Source: Verrucomicrobiota bacterium (GTDB lineage Bacteria > Verrucomicrobiota > Verrucomicrobiia > Limisphaerales > CANJXF01). Taken from it: a DNA stretch of 64,000 nt. Below, in pieces: positions 54,832 to 64,000 of this stretch. The stretch spans positions 14,403-78,402 of the forward strand of contig JBBQRQ010000010.1 of assembly GCA_038214755.1 (NCBI GenBank). Direction: 5' to 3'. The notes beneath the pieces were generated by a model. It searched no databases. It saw nothing but the letters and a program-made list of their open reading frames with translations, and was not told the DNA's origin. Position 1 is the stretch's first letter, and each line of letters starts with the position of its first letter. A program made the translations under genes and the position numbers.

Positions 54832-56724
54832 TTATGCTTTCAACTTTTCCAATTCTTCCCATCGCGCATACAACTGCGTGATCTTTTGCTTCGCCGCATT
54901 CGACTGCGCTTCAAGTTCCGCGTGTTCTTCGTGGTGTTTGTGAAAATCTGGCGCGGCGAAAATGGCTTCGAGACGGGCGAATTCGCTTTCGGCGGCGTGG
55001 ATGGCGGTTTCCATTCCGGCTAATTCCTGTTGCTCCCTGAATTTTAGTTTACGCGGTTTGAGCGGATTTTCTTTTTCAGAAAGGGATTTTAATTTCGGCT
55101 CGACGGAGTCTCGCCCTACCGAAGTTTGTGGTGCGACATGCGCTTTCGATTTTTTCTCCAGATAATATTCGTAGTCGCCGACGCTGTGCGCGATCCGTTC
55201 TTCTCCTTCAAACACGATCATGCTCGTGCAAACGCGGTCGAGAAAATAGCGATCATGGCTGACGACAAGAACCGATCCGCCAAATCCAATCAACGCTTCT
55301 TCCAAAATACGCAGCGTCGGCAAATCCAAATCATTCGTCGGTTCGTCGAGAATCAAAAAGTTGCCGCCGTTTTTCAAAATCCGCGCCAGCAGTAATCGAC
55401 TGCGCTCGCCGCCCGACAGGTAACGCACTTGCGCCATGATGCGATCTTCGGGAAAAAGAAACCGTCGCAAATATGCGCGCACGGAAATTTTCTGCTCGCC
55501 GAACTGCACGACTTCACTCCCTTGACCGAGTTCTTCAAAAACCGTTTTCTCCTCGTCCAACTGCAAACGCGATTGATCGACGTAATTGAATTTCGTCAGG
55601 TCACCGATTTTCACCGTGCCTTCCGTTGGCTTGAGTTCGCCGAGAATTATTTTGAGCAACGTTGTTTTGCCCAAACCATTTCGCCCGGCGACGCCGACTT
55701 TTGAACCCGGCGGAAATTTCAACGAAAGCTTTTCAAAGAGCTTTCTGTCCCCAAGTGTCATCCCGACATTTTCCAAATCGACGACGCGATTGCCCAGAGG
55801 CGGCGGCGGCGGAATGACGAGGTCAACTTCCAATTCTTTCGGTGGCGGACCCTTGCCCGCGACATCGAAATAGCGGTCGAGCCGACTCTTGGATTTCGTC
55901 GTGCGCGCTTTGGGGCCGCGTCGAACCCAGTCCAATTCGCGGCGCAAGAAATTTTGGCGCGATTGTTCCTGTTTTTCTTCGCTCGTTTGCCGTTCGGCTT
56001 TGGCCAGAAGGTAATCGGTGTAATTTCCTTCGTAGGAAAACATTTTTCCGTTGGCCACTTCGACAATGCTTGTCGTGATACGGTCGAGAAAATATCGGTC
56101 GTGCGTCACGACCAAAAATGCGCCGGTGTAAGCGAGAAGAAATTCCACGACCCATTCGATGGATTCGGGGTCAAGATGGTTCGTCGGCTCATCGAGAATC
56201 AACAGATCGGGATGCGAGACGAGCGCCTTCGCCATCGCCACGCGACGTTTTTCTCCGCCGGAAAGCGTCCGGATGTCGCGCGCTCCGTCGGGCGTGTTGA
56301 GATGCGACATCGTTTCTTTGACGCGGGAATCGAGCGTCCAGCCTTCGAGGTGCGCGATGCGATGTTCCAAATCATCGGCGCGTTTGGAATGCGACGGGAG
56401 ATTTTCAAACTCGTGAATCAGGTCAAGCACGTATTGCCCGCCGGACAGCACACTTTCAAAAACGTTTTTCGATTCGTCCAAAGTGAATTCTTGCGAGAGA
56501 TAACCGAGCGTCAAATCTTTCGAGCGCACCACCTGGCCCGCGTCCGGTTCAATGATCCCGGCGAGAATTTTCAAAAACGTCGATTTGCCCGTGCCATTGC
56601 GCCCGACCATGCCAATGCGGTCGCCTTCCCGAATGGAAAGCGACGCTTTGTTCAGAATATTCTGCTGGCCAAAACCAATTTCAATTTCGGAAGCGGAAAG
56701 GATGGTGGCGGATTGGTCGGACAT
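54832..56724 (-). CDS. ABC-F family ATPase (Uup-like)
   Basis: Two ABC cassettes (GRNGTGKS, LSGGE, LDEPTN; GRNGLGKT) and C-terminal YARWEELE. Confidence 0.93.
   Translation of the reverse strand: MSDQSATILSASEIEIGFGQQNILNKASLSIREGDRIGMVGRNGTGKSTFLKILAGIIEPDAGQVVRSKDLTLGYLSQEFTLDESKNVFESVLSGGQYVLDLIHEFENLPSHSKRADDLEHRIAHLEGWTLDSRVKETMSHLNTPDGARDIRTLSGGEKRRVAMAKALVSHPDLLILDEPTNHLDPESIEWVVEFLLAYTGAFLVVTHDRYFLDRITTSIVEVANGKMFSYEGNYTDYLLAKAERQTSEEKQEQSRQNFLRRELDWVRRGPKARTTKSKSRLDRYFDVAGKGPPPKELEVDLVIPPPPPLGNRVVDLENVGMTLGDRKLFEKLSLKFPPGSKVGVAGRNGLGKTTLLKIILGELKPTEGTVKIGDLTKFNYVDQSRLQLDEEKTVFEELGQGSEVVQFGEQKISVRAYLRRFLFPEDRIMAQVRYLSGGERSRLLLARILKNGGNFLILDEPTNDLDLPTLRILEEALIGFGGSVLVVSHDRYFLDRVCTSMIVFEGEERIAHSVGDYEYYLEKKSKAHVAPQTSVGRDSVEPKLKSLSEKENPLKPRKLKFREQQELAGMETAIHAAESEFARLEAIFAAPDFHKHHEEHAELEAQSNAAKQKITQLYARWEELEKLKA
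55097..55120 (-). repeat. Single GTAG REP in frame in the ABC-F gene
   Basis: GGTAGGGCGAGACTCCGTCGAGCC, encoding VGRDSVEP in the C-terminal linker. Confidence 0.65.
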
Positions 56725-56789
56725 TTTAAGAACGCAAACAATGCGTCAGGACGGCGGGATTACAAAATGGTTTTTTGGAACTTCGGTTT

Positions 56790-56878
56790 TCAACGCAGAG
56801 GACGCGGAGGTTAACGCAAAGGGCGCAAAGTTTTTTCTCTGCGTTCCTTTGCGAGAACCTTTGCGTCCTTTGCGTTAA
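56790..56878. repeat. Inverted short-unit repeat (CGCAGAGG/CGCAAAG type)
   Basis: AACGCAGAGGACGCGGAGG..AACGCAAAGGGCGCAAAG ... CTCTGCGTT..CTTTGCGTCCTTTGCGTT. Confidence 0.75.
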
Positions 56879-56921
56879 AGGAAAATTTCCCTTTGGAAAC
56901 GACGGGGAGGGTGCGAGCGAG

Positions 56922-57251
56922 TTATGGCAGTTGCAGGATTTGTTTCACGGCCTGTTCAATGTTGTTTAAGTCGGCGGTTGAGATCGTTCCGTGACGGGAA
57001 ACAAAGCGGGATTTATCGACAGCACGGATCTGGTCAATCACCGCCACAGAATCTTGGCCTGCGCTTGGAACGGCAAGGACGATGGGTGGCGCTGAATCAG
57101 GCGAGGAACTCAGTGGAACGATTACGGGAGTCCCGCGAATCGAGTTAATCTCGTCGGCGGAAATCACCACGCAAGGACGGCGTTTTTTAATTTCACGCCC
57201 GACAGCAGGATCCAAATTTATCCACCAGATTTCTCCCCGCTCAATCTTCAT
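56922..57251 (-). CDS. MazF/PemK toxin
   Basis: RGEIWWINLDP..GREIKKRRPCVVIS and DQIRAVDKSR. Confidence 0.92.
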   Translation of the reverse strand: MKIERGEIWWINLDPAVGREIKKRRPCVVISADEINSIRGTPVIVPLSSSPDSAPPIVLAVPSAGQDSVAVIDQIRAVDKSRFVSRHGTISTADLNNIEQAVKQILQLP

Positions 57252-57456
57252 AGCCGTTCAACGCCTCCCAGTCCTTCATATCGCGGCTGACTCTGTAGAG
57301 CGTGTTGGCTTTCTTCGCGGCTGCTTCCAAAGTGTTTCCAGGCGCACTCAATTTCTTTTCCAGCGCATCAGCGACAAATTTGGATCGGTCGCGGATGGAA
57401 ACGCGGGAGCGCAGAGTTTGCACGAGCGGCGGCGGCAGTTCAAATGTGACTTTCAT
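57241..57456 (-). CDS. Ribbon-helix-helix antitoxin
   Basis: MKVTFELP....RSKFVADALEKKL, overlapping the toxin gene. Confidence 0.75.
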   Translation of the reverse strand: MKVTFELPPPLVQTLRSRVSIRDRSKFVADALEKKLSAPGNTLEAAAKKANTLYRVSRDMKDWEALNGYED

Positions 57457-57500
57457 CGCGCAAACAATACCATAGGCCAGCCGAATTCAGAAAAACGTTT

Positions 57501-58676
57501 TTATGAACGCGTCGCGGAAACACACTTTGCCATTCGCTCCACCGCGATTTCAATTTGCTCCAGTGAAGTCGCGAAGCAGCAACGCAAATAACCTTCGCCA
57601 CTCGGCCCAAATGCGCTCCCGGGAACACAAGCGACTTTTTCCTGTTCAAGTAATTTCACCGCGAACTCTTTTGAACTCAGTCCGGTCGATTGGATGCAGG
57701 GAAATGCGTAGAACGAGCCGCGCGGCAGATGACACTTCAAACCCATTTGATTGAACGCGTTCACGATGAGATTTCGCCGCAAACGATATTGCTCGCGCAT
57801 TTCCGTCGTGTCCGGCTCGCCAAACTGGATCGCTTCGAGCGCGGCTTCCTGGCTGATGATGCTCGCGCAAAGCATCGAGTATTGATGGATGCGCATCATG
57901 GCATCGATGATTTCCGCCGGGCCGCAAGCGTAACCGATTCGGAAACCAGTCATCGCATAAGCTTTGGAAAATCCGTGCAGAAAAATCGTGCGCTCCTTCA
58001 TGCCAGGCAGTGAAGCGATGCTCACGTGTTCGCCTTCGAAAGTCAGTTCTGCGTAAATTTCATCGGTGATGACGAGCAAATTGTGTTTCTGCGCGAGCGC
58101 GGCAATTTTTTCCAACTCACCACGCGTCATCGTGCCGCCCGTGGGATTGGTTGGAAAATTGAGCAAAAGAATTTTACTGCGCGGCGTGATGACGGCGGAA
58201 ATTTGCTCGGCGGTGACGGAAAAATTATTTTCAGCGCGACACGCCACCGCGATCGGAACGCCATGTGCCAGCGCAATGCTCGGCGAATAGCTCACATAAC
58301 ACGGTTCGTGATAAATCACTTCATCGCCGGGATTGATGAGCGCGCGCAGAGCGAGATCAAGAGCCTCGCTGACTCCAACGGCGATCAGGATTTCATTCTG
58401 CGAATTGTAGGAAACGTGAAAATGTTTTTGCAGACTCGCGCTGATGGTCTCGCGTAGTTTCAGTAAACCGAGGTTGGAGGTGTAACCTGTTTTGCCGCGT
58501 TCCAGCGCGTAGATTGCCGCTTCCCGAATGTGCCAGGGCGTGACAAAATCCGGTTCGCCCACGCCGAGGGAAATCACATCCTTCATCCCTTGAACGATCT
58601 CGAAAAAATCACGAATACCCGAACGCGGAATCGCGCGGACGTTATGGGCGATGAATTGTTGGGCGTCAAACTGCAT
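57501..58676 (-). CDS. Class I/II PLP-dependent aminotransferase
   Basis: SLGVGEPDF, NFPTNPTG, DEIY, GFSKAYAMTGFRIG. Confidence 0.93.
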   Translation of the reverse strand: MQFDAQQFIAHNVRAIPRSGIRDFFEIVQGMKDVISLGVGEPDFVTPWHIREAAIYALERGKTGYTSNLGLLKLRETISASLQKHFHVSYNSQNEILIAVGVSEALDLALRALINPGDEVIYHEPCYVSYSPSIALAHGVPIAVACRAENNFSVTAEQISAVITPRSKILLLNFPTNPTGGTMTRGELEKIAALAQKHNLLVITDEIYAELTFEGEHVSIASLPGMKERTIFLHGFSKAYAMTGFRIGYACGPAEIIDAMMRIHQYSMLCASIISQEAALEAIQFGEPDTTEMREQYRLRRNLIVNAFNQMGLKCHLPRGSFYAFPCIQSTGLSSKEFAVKLLEQEKVACVPGSAFGPSGEGYLRCCFATSLEQIEIAVERMAKCVSATRS

Positions 58677-58683
58677 GTGGAAT

Positions 58684-58784
58684 TTGATTTACGATTTACG
58701 AGGAAAAGGGGGAATCACCGATTCAACGTGTCTGATCGTCCAGGCAGCGCGTAAATCCAAAATCGTAAATCGTAAATCGTAAAT
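58684..58784. repeat. Inverted heptamer array (ATTTACG/CGTAAAT)
   Basis: GATTTACGATTTACGA ... CGTAAATCGTAAATCGTAAAT. Confidence 0.75.
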
Positions 58785-60074
<1,290 letters not shown>

Positions 60075-60080
60075 AAAATT

Positions 60081-60713
60081 TTATTGCGTAATGACCGAGG
60101 TGGTTTCCGGCAAGTTGGGAATTTCCTTTCGCGATTTAACGACGTCATCCACCAGGCCAAAGGCTTTTGCTTCTTCGGGCGTCATAAAATTATCGCGGTC
60201 ACACGCTTTCTCAACGATGTCGTAAGGCTGGCCGGTGTGTTTGGCGATGATGTTGTTCAAACGCTGTTTTAATTTCAGCATGTACTTGACGCGAATTTCG
60301 ACATCGCTGGCCGGCCCCTCCGCGCCGCCCAGGACTTGATGAATCATGATGTTGGAATTGGGCAGCGCGTAACGCTTTCCTTTTGCGCCGCCGCAGAGCA
60401 GAACCGCGCCCATGCTGGCGGCCTGGCCGATGCAATAAGTATTCACGTCGCACGTCAGAAATTGCATCGTGTCATAAACGGCCAATCCCGCCGTGACGCT
60501 GCCGCCGGGCGAATTGACGTAGAGATGAATATCTTTTTTCGGATCGGACATTTGCAAAAATAAAAGTTGGGCGATGATGACGTTCGCTACCATGTCATCA
60601 ATGGGCGTGCCGAGAAAAACGATGCGGTCCACGAGGAGACGCGAGTAAATATCGTAGCCGCGTTCGCCGCGCCCGGTTTGTTCGATGACGTGTGGGATGA
60701 GAAAATTTTGCAT
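60081..60713 (-). CDS. clpP: Clp protease proteolytic subunit
   Basis: [26 protein letters not shown]. Confidence 0.98.
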   Translation of the reverse strand: MQNFLIPHVIEQTGRGERGYDIYSRLLVDRIVFLGTPIDDMVANVIIAQLLFLQMSDPKKDIHLYVNSPGGSVTAGLAVYDTMQFLTCDVNTYCIGQAASMGAVLLCGGAKGKRYALPNSNIMIHQVLGGAEGPASDVEIRVKYMLKLKQRLNNIIAKHTGQPYDIVEKACDRDNFMTPEEAKAFGLVDDVVKSRKEIPNLPETTSVITQ

Positions 60714-60788
60714 AGAGAAAAATCTTTTCCGACTTGTGGCGCAAGGTACGGGAGCAGCACGTGAGCGTCAAGCTGCCGGTCCGGGCAA

Positions 60789-60999
60789 GGGTGTGATTTC
60801 AAGTGGCGGTCACGTAGCGCAGGATTGCATCCTGCTGTATCGCCGGTTTGAAACCGGCTGAACGTCGTAAATAGAGAAAGTCTTTGGATTTCGAAAGTCT
60901 CCCGTTCAGACGGAATCTCGCAGGTTGAAAACCTGCGATACGGCAGGATGCAATCCTGCGCTACAACTGACCAACTGACCGCCAGTTTAAATCACACCC
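60789..60999. mobile_element. Complete MITE with 9-bp TSD enclosing a REP-A doublet
   Basis: TCCGGGCAA|GGGTGTGATTTCAAGTGGCGGTCA ... TGACCGCCAGTTTAAATCACACCC|TCCGGGCAA, with the REP-A pair at 60814-60964. Confidence 0.92.
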
Positions 61000-61023
61000 T
61001 CCGGGCAACGAGGCACAGAGAAT

Positions 61024-61080
61024 TAAATCCGAAATCCGAAATCCGAGAGCCGAAAGAAATCCGAAATCTAAAATCCGAAA
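61024..61080. repeat. AAATCCG heptamer array
   Basis: AAATCCGAAATCCGAAATCCGAGAGCCGAAAGAAATCCG, matching the 15002 element. Confidence 0.8.
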
Positions 61081-61152
61081 CTGTTGCTGCCGGGCCGCAA
61101 AAAACTTTTCCGGTCGTAGCGCGAAAATTTATCGGGATGGGTGCGGCCTAAA

Positions 61153-61244
61153 GTAGGGCAGCGCGTCTCGCCTGTCTGGGGTGGGGGGAAATTTCCAAAT
61201 CTGATTTCCGCTTTACCCCAGGCAGGCGAGACGCGCTGCCCTAC
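61153..61244. repeat. GTAG REP doublet
   Basis: GTAGGGCAGCGCGTCTCGCCTG ... CAGGCGAGACGCGCTGCCCTAC. Confidence 0.85.
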
Positions 61245-61292
61245 TTTGGCACCGTGTAACTAAATTCCCCACGCTCCCGTCTGCAAGAACAC

Positions 61293-62627
61293 ATGAAAAA
61301 ATTCCTCTCCGTTTTCGCGTCTCTTTTTTTGGCCGCCGTCAGCGCGGTTGCAGCAGAAAAAACTTCCAAGCCGAACATCATTTTTATTCTCGCCGACGAT
61401 CTCGGCCACGGAAACGTCAGTTGTTATGGAGCAGACAATTTCAAAACGCCACGCATCGACGCGCTGGCCAAAGGCGGAATTCGTTTCACCCATTGTTTCG
61501 CCCAACCGCTTTGCGGCCCATCGCGCGCGCAAATTCTCACCGGCCGCTACGCCTTTCGCACCGGCATGACCGGGAACGACACCGGTCACGTCATCAAACC
61601 GGAAAACGAAACCATGCTTCCCAAAGTCCTCAAGCCTGCGGGATATGTCAGCGCGCAGCTCGGCAAGTGGAGTCAACTGCCTTTGCAACCGGGCGATTTC
61701 GGTTTCGATGAATATTTGCGCTTTCAAGGCAGCGGCACATACTGGAGCAGCCAGGCGCGGGGCAAAACTTACACGCTCAACGGCGAGGAAAAAAAACTCG
61801 GCGACAAATATATGCCCGATGTGATGCACGATTTTCTCATCGACTTTATCACGCGCCATCACGACCAACCGTTTTACGTTCATTACGCCATGTCTCATGT
61901 GCATGGGGAAATTCTCCGCACACCCGATAGCGCGCCGGACAGCAAAGATTTTTACACCGACAACATTGCGTACATGGACAAGCTCGTCGGAAAACTCGTC
62001 GATGAACTTCAACGCCTGAAGCTCCGCGAAAATACACTGCTCATTTTTGTCGGCGACAACGGCACCGCAAAAACGGCTTTCGAACGCTCCCCCGTAAAAG
62101 GAAAAATGATCTCCGGTCATAAAGGTCAAATGCTCGAAGGCGGCAGTCTTGTTCCGATGATCGCCAATTGGCCGGGCACAACTCCCGCCGGAAAAGTTTT
62201 ACCCGACCTCATGGATTTCAGTGATTACCTGCCGACCTTTGCCGAACTGGCTGGAGCAAAATTGCCGAAGGGCGTGACGATGGACGGCCAGAGTTTCGCT
62301 CCACAACTGCGCGGAAAAAAAGGCGAGCCGCGCGATTGGATTTTTGTCGAACTCGGCAAACACTGGTATGTCCGCGAGATGAACTGGAAGCTCAACCAAA
62401 GCGGCGAACTCTTCGACCTGCACGGCGCGCCGTTTGAAGAGAAGCTTGTGTCCCTCGAAAACGAAAAGGCCGAAGCGAAGTCGGCGCGCAAACGTTTGCA
62501 GACAGTTCTCGACGAACTTAATCCCGCTGCCGGAAAAAAAGATGAGGGCGACGGCTCTGGCAAACACGCCAAAAAAACGAAGAGGAAAGCGATGCGCGCC
62601 AGGCCGAGCGCTGACGCGGTGAAGTGA
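61293..62627 (+). CDS. Secreted Cys-type (formylglycine) sulfatase
   Basis: PNIIFILADDLG, CGPSR..LTGR, GKW, GDNG. Confidence 0.93.
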   Translation: MKKFLSVFASLFLAAVSAVAAEKTSKPNIIFILADDLGHGNVSCYGADNFKTPRIDALAKGGIRFTHCFAQPLCGPSRAQILTGRYAFRTGMTGNDTGHVIKPENETMLPKVLKPAGYVSAQLGKWSQLPLQPGDFGFDEYLRFQGSGTYWSSQARGKTYTLNGEEKKLGDKYMPDVMHDFLIDFITRHHDQPFYVHYAMSHVHGEILRTPDSAPDSKDFYTDNIAYMDKLVGKLVDELQRLKLRENTLLIFVGDNGTAKTAFERSPVKGKMISGHKGQMLEGGSLVPMIANWPGTTPAGKVLPDLMDFSDYLPTFAELAGAKLPKGVTMDGQSFAPQLRGKKGEPRDWIFVELGKHWYVREMNWKLNQSGELFDLHGAPFEEKLVSLENEKAEAKSARKRLQTVLDELNPAAGKKDEGDGSGKHAKKTKRKAMRARPSADAVK

Positions 62628-62816
62628 TCTCCAACGCAACGCTCGCGGTTCAGTTGCCAGCGGAAGGGCGCAGCCATTTCGCAGATATTTATTTCAAACG
62701 GCGCGCGCTAAAAAAAATTCAGAACCCCCCAGCCCGCGCTCTGCCGAGCCGCGGCTAAAGTGTTTCTCATCGCATCCGGCTGAATTTTAATTAACCTCCC
62801 AGCCAACTTCATTCTC

Positions 62817-63707
62817 ATGGAAACCAAAGTGCCCGAAGCATTGAAAGCCGACCTGCCCCAAACCAAGTGGGGAAAAATTCTTATCGCCACGCCGGTGGTC
62901 ATGACCGTGGTCGCGACCATGCTCGCCGGACTGGCTTCCAGTGAAATGACTCGCGCTCAATACGACCGCTCTCTCGCCGCGCAGCAACAGTCCAAGGCGG
63001 GTGATCAATGGAGTTTTTTTCAGGCCAAAAAACTTCGCGGCGCGATGCAACGCAGCACGCTCGATGTTTTGCAAAGCACGACTCCAATTCGTCCGCTCGA
63101 TGCCGCGACGTTGAATCCAACGGGCAAAGTTGACTCCACTGCCATTGCCGCGTTGCAAAAAGTTGAGTTGCCCGAAACGCCTGCCTTGACGCTCAACTCC
63201 AACGTGAAGGCCGCGCTGGATGCCGTTGAAAATTCCAAACCAGAAAACGAAATTTCGACGTTGCTCATCCCGGTGACAGAACAGGATTTAGAAGTCGCGC
63301 TCAAAGCCGCCCGCGATCGCGCGCTGGATTTCGATGCAGCGTTCAAGCCGATCGGACAGAGCATTGACCGTTTAGAAAAAAGCGTCGCTGGTTCCGCCGC
63401 GGAATTCACCCGCGACCTCACCGCCGCGCGTCTGCGCTACATCGCCGCGCGCTACGAAACCGAGGCGCGATTGAACCAGGCCATCGCCAACATTTACGAA
63501 CTGCAAGTCCGCAAAAGCAACACCACCGCCGAACGTCATCATCGCCGCAGCGAGAAATTTTTCTACGGAATGCTCGCCGCGCAAATGGCCGTCATCATCG
63601 CCACTTTTTCCATCGCCGCGCGCAAGCGGACTTTTCTTTGGACCATCGCCGCGGTGGCCGGAGTCGCCGCCATCGCCTTTGCCATTTACGTTTACCTCTA
63701 CGTTTAG
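62817..63707 (+). CDS. DUF4337-like membrane protein
   Basis: N-terminal TM, AGDQWSFFQAKK and two C-terminal TMs. Confidence 0.65.
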   Translation: METKVPEALKADLPQTKWGKILIATPVVMTVVATMLAGLASSEMTRAQYDRSLAAQQQSKAGDQWSFFQAKKLRGAMQRSTLDVLQSTTPIRPLDAATLNPTGKVDSTAIAALQKVELPETPALTLNSNVKAALDAVENSKPENEISTLLIPVTEQDLEVALKAARDRALDFDAAFKPIGQSIDRLEKSVAGSAAEFTRDLTAARLRYIAARYETEARLNQAIANIYELQVRKSNTTAERHHRRSEKFFYGMLAAQMAVIIATFSIAARKRTFLWTIAAVAGVAAIAFAIYVYLYV

Positions 63708-63728
63708 GCCGGAAATCTGTGTAGTTGA

Positions 63729-63860
63729 AACCGCAGATAGACGCAGATCAACGCAGATGGCAAATGAGAAATGAATCGTGCCCGGGTTTTTCAGAACGAC
63801 TTTTTAGCCCGCTCAATTTCCACCCGCAACCCTCCCATCTGTGTCCATTTGCGTTCATCG
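63729..63860. repeat. Inverted decamer repeat (ACGCAGAT type)
   Basis: CCGCAGATAGACGCAGATCAACGCAGAT ... ATCTGTGTCCATTTGCGTTCATC. Confidence 0.6.
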
Positions 63861-64000
63861 GGCAAGTGTCATCTGATGTTGGTCAGGGGAAGTGTGAAAA
63901 TCGGTGTGCCATCTGATGTTGGTCAGGTGGGGTGAAAATGTTTTTTAGGAAACACATATTGGAAAGTTTTGGCCAAGGGTTGCTCCTCCGGCGCGCGGCG

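Overview
Bacterial chromosomal window. The gene content (prepilin-type/DUF1559-like pair, DUF1800-DUF1501, secreted proteins ending in a ...F(Y/F)RV motif) suggests Verrucomicrobiota (inference). The backbone is intact housekeeping genes: mlaE, an MMPL transporter, recQ, hppA, ruvB, atpBEFHAG (atpDC absent), tilS, ftsH, cobA-hemD, tRNA-Tyr, ffh, a SurA-like PPIase, pdxA, thiG, sppA, upp, htpX, larB, an ABC-F protein, clpP and clpX. Several toxin-antitoxin modules are interspersed. The most unusual content is non-coding. (1) About nine families of GTAG/GGAG/GTGG-type REP palindromes, plus one REP-flanked RAYT (HUH Y1) transposase gene interrupted by a single stop codon. (2) Short TIR-bounded MITE-like shells (GGGTGTGATTT...AAATCACACCC, one with a perfect 9-bp TSD) that carry REP doublets and are also nested inside REP doublets. 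(3) Palindromic elements inserted in frame in recQ, a nuclease-DinG helicase and the ABC-F gene. (4) An inverted-repeat-bounded cassette carrying a foreign AT-rich gene. (5) Orphan ends of core genes (three thiC 3' pieces, a yebC 3' end, an MFS 3' end joined to an hflX 5' end by 9-bp microhomology) bracketing accessory cargo, as expected from homology-facilitated illegitimate recombination. No CRISPR array, rRNA, integrase or reverse transcriptase was seen. All assignments were made by eye from motifs, with no database searches, and coordinates of degenerate features are approximate.
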